A stretch of 42,958 nt of DNA from Candidatus Omnitrophota bacterium (GCA_041308825.1 JBFZAU010000121.1:1-42958); one strand, 5' to 3'. Positions 8,925 through 16,677 are shown, counted from the first letter of the stretch. Notes: generated by a model not told the origin, from the sequence alone. Made by a program: numbers and translations.

Positions 8925-9587
8925 TTAGAGTTTACCGGCCAAAAGGCCCAAAAGTTGCGGTTCATTGCCGATCAAGGTCAGCGCGATCACATCATCCCCG
9001 GTCTTCAGCACGGTGTCTCCTTTAGGCAAAATTACTTCTTCTCCCCGCACAATCGAAACCAATACCGCGTCCTTAGGCAAAGCAATATCTTTAACTTGTT
9101 TGTCGATAACCGGGGCGTCATTTGGCAAATCCACGCGCACAATCGCCAGCTTGCCCCGTTTAAAACTCATCAAATTTACAAAATCCGAAAAAGAAACTTC
9201 CTCTTCGATAATCTTGGCAATAATCTTAGTAGAATCAACCGGCACATCGATACCGAGCTCATTAAAAGTATGTTCATTGTCGGGATTATTAACCCGGCCG
9301 ACGGTACGCTGCAGATCAAACCTTTCCTTGGCCAGCTGGCAGATAATCAGGTTATCTTCATCGTCCCCGGTAACCGCGGCTAAAACATCTGCCCGGGTGA
9401 TACCGGCCTCCTCTAATATGTTGGGGTCGCAGGCATCTCCGTTTACCACCAGGGCATCTAACTCCTTGGCAAGCTCTTCGCAAATCTTGCGGTCCTTATC
9501 GACAATACTGACGGTATGCTTGCTCTGACAGAGGCGCCTGGCCAGAAAATACCCGACTTTACCCGCTCCGACAATCAAAATAAACAT
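8925..9587 (-). CDS. trkA: TrkA/KtrA potassium transporter peripheral subunit (RCK_N + RCK_C)
   Basis: Rossmann motif IVGAGKVGYFLA followed by a TrkA-C-like C-terminal half. Confidence 0.85.
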   Translation of the reverse strand: MFILIVGAGKVGYFLARRLCQSKHTVSIVDKDRKICEELAKELDALVVNGDACDPNILEEAGITRADVLAAVTGDDEDNLIICQLAKERFDLQRTVGRVNNPDNEHTFNELGIDVPVDSTKIIAKIIEEEVSFSDFVNLMSFKRGKLAIVRVDLPNDAPVIDKQVKDIALPKDAVLVSIVRGEEVILPKGDTVLKTGDDVIALTLIGNEPQLLGLLAGKL

Positions 9588-9589
9588 CT

Positions 9590-10243
9590 TTATTTTTCCC
9601 CTAAGTGAAACCTCTCCCTGACCGCTTTCAGACTGGAAACTTTCACTACCCCCATCAGGATATCTTTATTTTTTAAAACGGTGTTGGGCTCGGGGATAAC
9701 CACCCCCTGCATCCGGCGCAAGGCGGTAACAATAAAATCTCCGGGGATATTGATATCCTGAATGGTTTTACCGACCAGTTCATTTTTCACCTCAATCTCA
9801 ATCACCCCTAAATCTTTGGACTCAATCAGGTAACTGGAAAACCGGCTTTCAATAATTTTATCCCTCAGCATCGCCGACAAAAGCATTGTACCGCTGATAA
9901 TATCCAACCCTAAGGCCGCGTAAATATGGGCCCGCTGCGGGTCATAAACCCGCGCGAATACCTTGGGCACATTAAAAATTTTTTTGGCCACCTGGGCGCT
10001 GATTAAATTTGTATTATCTCCGTCAGTGACCGCGCAAAAAGCATCAGCTTTCTCGATTCCCACCTGCTTCAGCAGCGCCAAATCAAAACCGTTACCGACC
10101 ATCGTCAGGCCATTAAAAGTATCACCCAGGCGCTTAAACGCCTCCTGGTTTTTATCAATCACCACTACATCATGGCCTTCCCCGGATAAAAGTTTGGCTA
10201 ACTCTGTCCCTACTCTTCCGCAACCGACAATAATCACGTACAT
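9590..10243 (-). CDS. trkA: TrkA/KtrA potassium transporter peripheral subunit, second paralogue
   Basis: Rossmann motif IVGCGRVGTELA followed by a TrkA-C-like domain. It is in tandem with the previous gene. Confidence 0.85.
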   Translation of the reverse strand: MYVIIVGCGRVGTELAKLLSGEGHDVVVIDKNQEAFKRLGDTFNGLTMVGNGFDLALLKQVGIEKADAFCAVTDGDNTNLISAQVAKKIFNVPKVFARVYDPQRAHIYAALGLDIISGTMLLSAMLRDKIIESRFSSYLIESKDLGVIEIEVKNELVGKTIQDINIPGDFIVTALRRMQGVVIPEPNTVLKNKDILMGVVKVSSLKAVRERFHLGEK

Positions 10244-10288
10244 AACTATTCCTTTATTCTGCGAACGCTAAAGCCAGCAGCCGATAGC

Positions 10289-10636
10289 TTACTTCTTGGC
10301 GGCTGCTACTAGTTTTTTAAATGCCGGATTATCTCTGACCGCGATATCCGCCAGGATCTTGCGGTCCAGAGCAATTTTAGATTTCTTTAGCCCGTTCATA
10401 AAAACGCTGTAGGAAACCCCGATTTCCCGACAGGCGGCATTAATGCGGGCAATCCAGAGACTGCGAAACTCCCTCTTTTTATTCCGGCGGTCACGGTAAG
10501 CGTATCTTAAAGCGTGGACGAGCGTCCTTTTGGCCTGCTGATACTGTTTACTTCTATCCCCCCAATACCCTTTGGCGGCTTTCAGTACTCTTTTCTTCCT
10601 TTTACGGGTTGCTACACTATGTTTAATCTTTGCCAT
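10289..10636 (-). CDS. rplT: 50S ribosomal protein L20
   Basis: [26 protein letters not shown]... The start was moved to ATG 10636, which is preceded by AGGAGAGC. The ORF-track start at 10666 is an upstream extension. Confidence 0.95.
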   Translation of the reverse strand: MAKIKHSVATRKRKKRVLKAAKGYWGDRSKQYQQAKRTLVHALRYAYRDRRNKKREFRSLWIARINAACREIGVSYSVFMNGLKKSKIALDRKILADIAVRDNPAFKKLVAAAKK

Positions 10637-10718
10637 TATTGCTCTCCTAGCCCACAAGGGGCACACCGGCGTAAATCAAATCCGCGCCAGATGTAATTAA
10701 TCGTTGTGAAAAGTTACT

Positions 10719-10919
10719 CTAACCATACGGTAACATTGACTTGATGAATCTTTCTTCTTTTTTCCCGGCCAAAGTCCGGCGGTGCCTTAAATCCCGGATC
10801 TTTTTCGTTTTCTTGGATGAAGCCAGATGGCTTTTGCCACCGGGAGAATACTTAACCCTGCCTTTTTTTGTGATTTTAAAACGTTTGGCCACTCCGCGCT
10901 TTGTTTTTAACTTTGGCAT
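10719..10919 (-). CDS. rpmI: 50S ribosomal protein L35
   Basis: MPKLKTKRGVAKRFKITKKGRVKY..., in the canonical infC-rpmI-rplT order. Confidence 0.95.
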   Translation of the reverse strand: MPKLKTKRGVAKRFKITKKGRVKYSPGGKSHLASSKKTKKIRDLRHRRTLAGKKEERFIKSMLPYG

Positions 10920-10980
10920 CTTTTCTCCTAATTAGACGTAAATTGTCTACTCATTTAATACCCGAATCTTAAGATAAGGG

Positions 10981-11023
10981 GTATAAATTCGTGCATTGAC
11001 TTACGCGCACGCCAGTGCGCGTA
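10981..11023 (-). promoter_or_regulatory. Strong 19-bp hairpin between infC and rpmI (possible attenuator, processing site or L20 operator)
   Basis: gtgc-a-ttgacttacgcgcac / gcca loop / gtgcgcgtaagtcaa-gcac. That is 15 perfect bp plus 4 bp across a 1-nt bulge. No clean U-tract follows. Confidence 0.5.
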
Positions 11024-11047
11024 AGTCAAGCACTCATTTATCATACC

Positions 11048-11554
11048 TTACTTCGGGGCAATTACAAAGGACATAATTTTACCTTCCAGTGACGGTGCCT
11101 TCTCCACCTGCCCCTCTTCTTTGGTCACCAGAATAAATTTATCCAAAACTTTTCTCCCTAAGTCCACATGCTCCATCTGCCGGCCGCGGAAAAAAAGATT
11201 GATTTTAACCTTGTCTTTTTTCTTTAAAAAACTGACCACCTGCTTCACCTTGGTCTCGAAATCATGATCGTCGATATTGGGTTTAAGCCGGATCTCTTTT
11301 AAACGGCCTTGTTTCTGGTGTTTCTTGGATTCCCGCTCCTTCTTTTCCAAGTCGTAGCGGAACTTGCTATACTCAATCACCCGGCAAACCGGCGGATTAG
11401 CCGCCGAAGCCACTTCTACCAAATCCAGCTCTTGTTGATTGGCAATCTCTAAAGCCCGCTGCACAGACATCACCCCCAACTGGCTGCCGTCATGCCCAAT
11501 GACCCGAACCTGCGGTGCGCTGATTCTTTCATTAATCCGTATAAACTTTTTTAT
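11048..11554 (-). CDS. infC: Translation initiation factor IF-3 with a non-AUG (ATA) start
   Basis: The ORF-track protein starts mid-domain. The frame stays open upstream as IKKFIRINERISAPQVRVIGHDGSQLGVMSVQRALEIA, the conserved IF3 N-terminus. AAGGAGG at 11566-11560 lies 5 nt before ATA at 11554-11552. Confidence 0.85.
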   Translation of the reverse strand: MKKFIRINERISAPQVRVIGHDGSQLGVMSVQRALEIANQQELDLVEVASAANPPVCRVIEYSKFRYDLEKKERESKKHQKQGRLKEIRLKPNIDDHDFETKVKQVVSFLKKKDKVKINLFFRGRQMEHVDLGRKVLDKFILVTKEEGQVEKAPSLEGKIMSFVIAPK

Positions 11555-11568
11555 AGCCGCCTCCTTTG

Positions 11569-13293
11569 TTATTTATGCTGTTTAACATCCTTTTCTAATT
11601 CTTGAATAAAATATGCGTACTCCAGCGGAGTCGCATACTTATCCTTATGACCTTTTTCCCGGACACTCACGGTGTTGCCTGCGGCTTCCTTTTCCCCGAC
11701 GATAAAGCAATACGGGATATTTTCCACTTCTGCCGTCCGGATTTTTTTATTCAGAGTTTCATTGCGGTTATCGATCGTTACACGCAAGCCCCTCTCAAGG
11801 CATTCTGCTTTTACCTTCTGGGCATAAGCTAACACCGATTCATTAATCGGAATGATTACAATCTGGGTTGGCGCTAACCATAAAGGTAATTTCCCTTTAT
11901 AGTTTTCGATCAATGCCCCGATAAAACGCTCCAGGCTCCCCAATAAAACCCGATGCAGCATAATCGGCTGTTGTTCTTTTCCCTCAGCATCAATGTAAGC
12001 TAAATTAAACCTTTTCGGTAAAGCAAAATCGCATTGGATCGTCGCGCATTGCCAGGTTCTTTTTAAGGCATCCTTTAATTTAATATCAATCTTGGGCCCG
12101 TAAAATGCGCCCTCTCCTTGATTAACTTCATACGCCAGGCATTTTTCTTTTAGCGCCTGTTCAAGGGCCGCGGTTGCCTTCTGCCAATCTTCATCCGAGC
12201 CGATGGATTTTTCCGGACGGGTGCTGAGTTCAATCCCCCAAGACTCAAAACCAAACACCTTCATTGTCTCAAACACAAAATCAATCACACCTTTAATTTC
12301 TGCCTCCAGCTGCTCCGGTAAACAGAAAATGTGCGCATCATCCTGGGTAAATCCGCGGACCCGCAATAGCCCGTGCAAAACCCCGGCTTTTTCCTTGCGG
12401 TAAACCGTGCCCAATTCAAAAAGCCTAACCGGCAGATCTCGATAGCTTCTAGTTTTCGATTTATAAATTAAAATATGCCCCGGGCAATTCATCGGCTTGA
12501 CCACTACCTCCTGGCCCTCCTCAGAGGTAAAATACATATTTTCTTTATAATAATCGTAGTGTCCGCTTTTTTTCCATAAACCTGCATCCATTAAATGCGG
12601 AGTCGTCACCAGGTCATAACCGCGTTTCAAATGCTCCTTTTTTTCATAGTCCTCAATAATCATCCGCAGCAGCGCGCCTTTAGGGTGATAAAATACAAAT
12701 CCTGCGCCTGCCTCTTCATGATAAATATCAAAAAGCCCTAAAGCCGGCCCCAGCTTGCGGTGATCCCGCAGCTTAGCCTCCTCTAAATTTTTCAGATGCT
12801 CATCTAATTCTTGCTGGCTTTCAAAACAGGTGCCGTAAATCCTCTGCAGCATAGGATTGGTTTCAATCCCGTGCCAATAGGCGCCGGCGACCGATAATAA
12901 TTTAAAGGCTTTGATCTGCCCGGTGGATTGAATATGCGGACCGCGGCAGAGATCCAAAAAATTTTCTCCGGTTCTATAAACCGAAATGGTTTGAGCCGGT
13001 AAACTTTCAACCAACTCTACCTTGTAATCTTCGTGATTTTTTTTAAATAGTGCCAAGGCATCCTGCTTACTCATCTCCTGCCGTAAAAAAATCTCGTTTT
13101 GGGTAATAATTTTCTGCATGACCTTCTCGATGGCCAACAAGTCCGCATCGGTAAACGGTTCCGGTTTATCAAAATCATAATAAAAACCGTCTTCAATCGC
13201 CGGGCCAATTGCTAATTTGACTTCCGGCCAAAGCTCTTTTACTGCTTGGGCCATGACATGTGAACAGGAATGCCGTAAGGTGTCGAGATCCAT
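11569..13293 (-). CDS. thrS: Threonine--tRNA ligase (lacks the N-terminal TGS domain)
   Basis: It starts at the editing domain (RHSCSHVMAQAVKELWP...AIGPAIEDGFYYDFD). Class II motifs and the anticodon-binding domain are present. Confidence 0.92.
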   Translation of the reverse strand: MDLDTLRHSCSHVMAQAVKELWPEVKLAIGPAIEDGFYYDFDKPEPFTDADLLAIEKVMQKIITQNEIFLRQEMSKQDALALFKKNHEDYKVELVESLPAQTISVYRTGENFLDLCRGPHIQSTGQIKAFKLLSVAGAYWHGIETNPMLQRIYGTCFESQQELDEHLKNLEEAKLRDHRKLGPALGLFDIYHEEAGAGFVFYHPKGALLRMIIEDYEKKEHLKRGYDLVTTPHLMDAGLWKKSGHYDYYKENMYFTSEEGQEVVVKPMNCPGHILIYKSKTRSYRDLPVRLFELGTVYRKEKAGVLHGLLRVRGFTQDDAHIFCLPEQLEAEIKGVIDFVFETMKVFGFESWGIELSTRPEKSIGSDEDWQKATAALEQALKEKCLAYEVNQGEGAFYGPKIDIKLKDALKRTWQCATIQCDFALPKRFNLAYIDAEGKEQQPIMLHRVLLGSLERFIGALIENYKGKLPLWLAPTQIVIIPINESVLAYAQKVKAECLERGLRVTIDNRNETLNKKIRTAEVENIPYCFIVGEKEAAGNTVSVREKGHKDKYATPLEYAYFIQELEKDVKQHK

Positions 13294-13702
13294 AGTTTTT
13301 TAAGCGGCTGCTTTAGCGCCTCGTTAAACCTGCCTCTACTTATATCTCCTTCGGCCTTAACTAGATATTCTATAAAGTGGCGGCCGAAGCGTTTTTTCCT
13401 GCTGCGCCTTTCTCCTTCGCGCTTAGACTGGATATTCTCTAAGGTAGCGCGCGAAGCAATTGGCGCTGCTACCGACTTTAGCGCCTCGTCTAAACTATCT
13501 AGTGTACATCGAGCTAAGCCTGGATGTTACGCTTAAGTTATATTCGAATATTGTAACGCTCGATGCAATTTTTCCTGCTGCGCAAGTAACTTGGACGCAC
13601 TCCGCTCGCTACGGAGCAACTATAACGCTTTAGCTCCCGGCTTAAACTGGAATGCCTTTTTAAAGGTAGCGCCGGGAGTAAATTTCGCTGCGCGAAATTT
13701 TA

Positions 13703-13776
13703 TGGGCCCATGAGGATTCGGACCTCAGACCTTTGCGATGTCAACGCAACGCTCTAACCAACTGAGCTATGAGCCC
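13703..13776 (-). tRNA. tRNA-Val (anticodon GAC), CCA not encoded
   Basis: GGGCTCA TA GCTC AGTTGGTTA GAGC G TTGCG TTGACAT CGCAA AGGTC TGAGG TTCGAAT CCTCA TGGGCCC A folds as a canonical cloverleaf. Confidence 0.93.
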
Positions 13777-14149
13777 TAAATTTTAATTTCCCTGCTGCGC
13801 AAGAGCGCATCGTCTAGACTATCTAGTGTACATCGAGCTAGGCCTGGATGTTACGCTTAATTAATATATACTACTCGTTTAGCGCCTCGTCTAGACTGGA
13901 TGCCTTTTTAAAGGTATCCTCGGCGTAAACCTGCTGCTACTTATAGCTCCTTTGGCCGTAAACTAAACATTCTTTAAGGAAGCGGCCGAAGCAAATGTCG
14001 CTACGCCTGGCTCCTTCGAGCTCAAACCTGTATAAATACTTATTGTATCGCTCGAAGCAATTTTGCTTGCTACGCAAGAGCGCCTCGTCTCAACTAGATG
14101 CCTTTTTAAAGGTATCCTCGGCACAAATTTCGGCAAAGCCGAAATTTAG

Positions 14150-14232
14150 TGGGCAAGAAGGGAGTCGGACCCTTACGACCTTGCGGCCAACAGATTTTAA
14201 GTCTGTCGTGTATGCCATTCCACCACTTGCCC
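14150..14232 (-). tRNA. tRNA-Leu (anticodon TAA), long variable arm, CCA not encoded
   Basis: GGGCAAG T...ACAGA CTTAAAA TCTGT, long variable arm GGCCGCAAGGTCG, T arm AAGGG TCCGACT CCCTT, acceptor CTTGCCC A. Confidence 0.9.
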
Positions 14233-14381
14233 CTAAATTTTGCGTAGCAAAATTTGCTTCCGAGTCCACCGCTAAACTCTTTCCACAGACGGACAAGGAG
14301 CTAATAGCAATTCCGCCTCGTCTAGATTGAATGCCTTTTTAAAGGTATCCTCGGCGTAATTTCCGCTGCCGCGGAAATTTA

Positions 14382-14453
14382 AGGCGACGAGCGGAATTGA
14401 ACCGCTGAATAGTTGTTTTGCAGACAACTGCCTTACCACTTGGCTACGTCGCC
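14382..14453 (-). tRNA. tRNA-Cys (anticodon GCA), discriminator U, CCA not encoded
   Basis: GGCGACG TA GCCA AGTGGTA AGGC A GTTGT CTGCAAA ACAAC TATTC AGCGG TTCAATT CCGCT CGTCGCC T. It starts 4 nt after the coaC stop. Confidence 0.92.
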
Positions 14454-14457
14454 AAAA

Positions 14458-15003
14458 TTATAATATTTTTTTAACTTCTTTTACAATCTCGGATAGCTCT
14501 GCTAAACAACCCTGTCCCATTTTCCCGCACGCCAACAGGCCTTGGCGCGGCGGAATAAATTTATAACCGCATGTTTTTAATTTCGCGATATTGCTTTGCG
14601 TAATTTTATGTTGATACATATTCTCGTTCATCGCCGGGGCAATTAAAACCTTGGCGCGGCTGGCACACACCGTACAACTTAAAAGATCATCGCAAATACC
14701 GCCGGCCAACTTGGCAATAATGTTGGCAGTAGCCGGGGCAATCAAAATTAAATCTGCCCTGGCGGCTAAAGACACGTGTTCAATCTCCCAGGCATCCGGA
14801 TCATCAAACAGGCCGCCTGAATAAACTTTCCTGCCGCTTAAGCTCTGAAATACAATCGGCCGGATCAACTCCTGCGCCTCTTGCGTCATCACCACATCTA
14901 CCGCCCAGCCGCATTCTTTGAGCTTGCGAACTAAATCACATGCCTTATAAATAGCGATGCTGGCGGTTACGCCTAAAATGATATTTTTTTGCGTATTTTT
15001 CAT
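14458..15003 (-). CDS. coaC: Stand-alone flavoprotein, phosphopantothenoylcysteine decarboxylase (CoaC domain only)
   Basis: ILGVTASIAIYKACDLVRKL, APATANIIAKLAGGICDDLL and PAMNENMYQH match the CoaC half of CoaBC. At 181 aa there is no CoaB half. Confidence 0.8.
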   Translation of the reverse strand: MKNTQKNIILGVTASIAIYKACDLVRKLKECGWAVDVVMTQEAQELIRPIVFQSLSGRKVYSGGLFDDPDAWEIEHVSLAARADLILIAPATANIIAKLAGGICDDLLSCTVCASRAKVLIAPAMNENMYQHKITQSNIAKLKTCGYKFIPPRQGLLACGKMGQGCLAELSEIVKEVKKIL

Positions 15004-15212
15004 TATTCCTTGGCTTTTGACCTTTTAGCCTCAATCTTACCCGCGGCAATTTCATGCAATGCCACAGTAGATGGCTTAACAGAAGCATCATCCGCCACTA
15101 ACTTAGGCTGCCCTTCGGCAATCTCCAGAGCCCTTTTGGAGGCTAGAATAACCAGTTTATAAATCGACCCCATACTTTTGTCTAGAAGTTTTTCCCTTCC
15201 CTGATAACCCAT
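15003..15212 (-). CDS. rpoZ: DNA-directed RNA polymerase subunit omega
   Basis: SIYKLVILASKRALEI matches the omega core, and the gene follows the gmk-rpoZ-coaBC synteny. Confidence 0.85.
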   Translation of the reverse strand: MGYQGREKLLDKSMGSIYKLVILASKRALEIAEGQPKLVADDASVKPSTVALHEIAAGKIEAKRSKAKE

Positions 15213-15241
15213 TGCGTATCCCCCCCCCGGTGTATTATGCG

Positions 15242-15841
15242 TTAAGCGTTAATTTCCTGTGCAACAATGCTTTTTAGCTCTCTGAGTGCTACCGTTAAGC
15301 TTCGGTTCAAAACACAATAATCAAACTTGTTGGCCGCGCGCAGCTCTTGCCGTGCCAAAAGCAACCTTTGTTTAATCTCCTGTTGTTGGGTGTGCCGACA
15401 ACGATTTTCTATCCTTTCCTTAAGCGTACTTAAAGAAGGCGGCAAAACAAAGATGGTCACGGTATTGTTAGGATATATTTTTTTTAGGATCCTGGCGCCT
15501 TTTAAGTCCAGGCACAAACCAAGGTGCCTGCCCTGACGCAGCTGCGCCTCCAGGGATTCTTTGGGCGTTCCGTAATAATAGCCTAAATACCTGGTCCATT
15601 CAAGAATTTTTTTAGCTTTTAGCAGCTGTTTGAATCGGGCGGGACTGACAAAAAAATACTCCCGGCCATCCCTTTCTGCGGAACGTTTCGGCCGGGTGGT
15701 TACCGAGCGTGATTTTACTAATAATCTGGCGAATTGTTTATCTTGGACTAAGCTGGTCAGAAGGGTAGTTTTGCCGGAGCCGGATGGCCCGCTGATCACA
15801 AAAATTTTACCCGGCTTGTGTTTTCTAGTGGATGCTTTCAC
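15242..15841 (-). CDS. gmk: Guanylate kinase
   Basis: P-loop ISGPSGSGKTTL, TTRPKRSAERDGREYFFVS and LEWTRYLGYYYGTP. Confidence 0.92.
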   Translation of the reverse strand: MKASTRKHKPGKIFVISGPSGSGKTTLLTSLVQDKQFARLLVKSRSVTTRPKRSAERDGREYFFVSPARFKQLLKAKKILEWTRYLGYYYGTPKESLEAQLRQGRHLGLCLDLKGARILKKIYPNNTVTIFVLPPSLSTLKERIENRCRHTQQQEIKQRLLLARQELRAANKFDYCVLNRSLTVALRELKSIVAQEINA

Positions 15842-16677
15842 TACTCGATATTCTGCACCTGTTCGCGGATTTTCTCAATTTGGCTTTTCATCTCTACGGC
15901 GCGGCCGGAAATAACCAGGTCAAATGACTTAGCCGCCAGAGTATTAGCCTCTCGCTGCATCTCCTGGGTAATAAAATCCAGCTCCTTGCCCACCGCGCCA
16001 CCCTGGGTGAGCTTATGCTGAAAATTATTAATATGAAAATGCAACCGGTCAGTCTCCTCGGCCACATCCGCATCTTTTAAGAAGGCCGCGCGCTCCTCTT
16101 CCGCGTGAATGTTTTTTAGCTTATTTTTTACCGCCACCGCAAAACGCTGCTTAATAAAAGTTAAATCCTGCTTCAGGCAAAGACTTCTTTGGCGCAACAC
16201 CCTCGCCAGAGCTTGCCCTTCCTTTTGGCGGGCAATTAATAAGTTTTTAAGTGCCTGAGCAAAAACCGGTTGCAGTTGATCCCAGATTTGGGCACCGGCC
16301 GGCTTATCCTCTTTAAGGGTTAAAATCCCCGGCAGGCGGATTAATGCATCCAGACTAATACCATCATCGATTTTAAATTCTTTTCTAATGCTTTGGAATT
16401 CGCGTAAATAATTCTTCAGCAATTTACGGTTCACAAAAATCCCCTGCGCCGACTGCCCCTTAATGTTCACCGCACAATACACTCTTCCCCGCCGCAGACT
16501 TGCTTCAATCTCTTTTTTTAATTTGTCCTCCCAAGAAAGCAGCCCTTCCGGAAGGTGAAAAACCGTTTCCAAAAATTTATGATTGGTGCAACGCAACTCC
16601 ACGCTGATCCTGCCGACCGAATTAATCTCCATCTCCTGGCAGCCAAATCCGGTCATGCTGTTAATATTTTTTTTCAT
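15841..16677 (-). CDS. yicC: YicC/YloC-family protein (endoribonuclease YicC)
   Basis: N-terminus SMTGFG and a C-terminal DUF1732-like EIEKIREQVQNIE. It overlaps both neighbours by 1 nt. Confidence 0.8.
   Translation of the reverse strand: MKKNINSMTGFGCQEMEINSVGRISVELRCTNHKFLETVFHLPEGLLSWEDKLKKEIEASLRRGRVYCAVNIKGQSAQGIFVNRKLLKNYLREFQSIRKEFKIDDGISLDALIRLPGILTLKEDKPAGAQIWDQLQPVFAQALKNLLIARQKEGQALARVLRQRSLCLKQDLTFIKQRFAVAVKNKLKNIHAEEERAAFLKDADVAEETDRLHFHINNFQHKLTQGGAVGKELDFITQEMQREANTLAAKSFDLVISGRAVEMKSQIEKIREQVQNIE

Larger units (their letters stand above)
13312..14381. repeat. Array of diverged modular stem-loop repeats (units about 45 nt plus linkers about 20 nt) interleaved with three tRNA genes
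   Basis: Stem/loop/stem units: C1 13349-13389, D1 13415-13456, B1 13481-13565, A4 13634-13678, B2 13805-13864, A1 13882-13925, C2 13950-13991, D2 14014-14057, A2 14080-14123, A3 14313-14356. Shared plus-strand loop consensus: tYtaRACTrGAT...TTtAAaGGTAgc. The stems differ by compensatory changes. Confidence 0.85.

Noticed and set aside
13294-13702. A T-box riboswitch leader for thrS
   Set aside because: I could not find the conserved T-box sequence (AAnnnGGGUGGnACCGCG-like) or a specifier-loop architecture on the minus strand. The same hairpin modules also occur between the tRNAs, away from thrS.
13995-14330. The 111-aa plus-strand ORF and the 68-aa minus-strand ORF (14090-14296) in the tRNA/repeat island
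   Set aside because: Both run through tRNA-Leu and the hairpin repeats. They have no RBS, and their composition is repeat-derived. They are artefacts of a non-coding region.
13312-14381. A CRISPR array interpretation of the repeats
   Set aside because: The copies are diverged rather than near-identical. There is no regular repeat-spacer periodicity with unique spacers, no leader, and no cas genes in the window.
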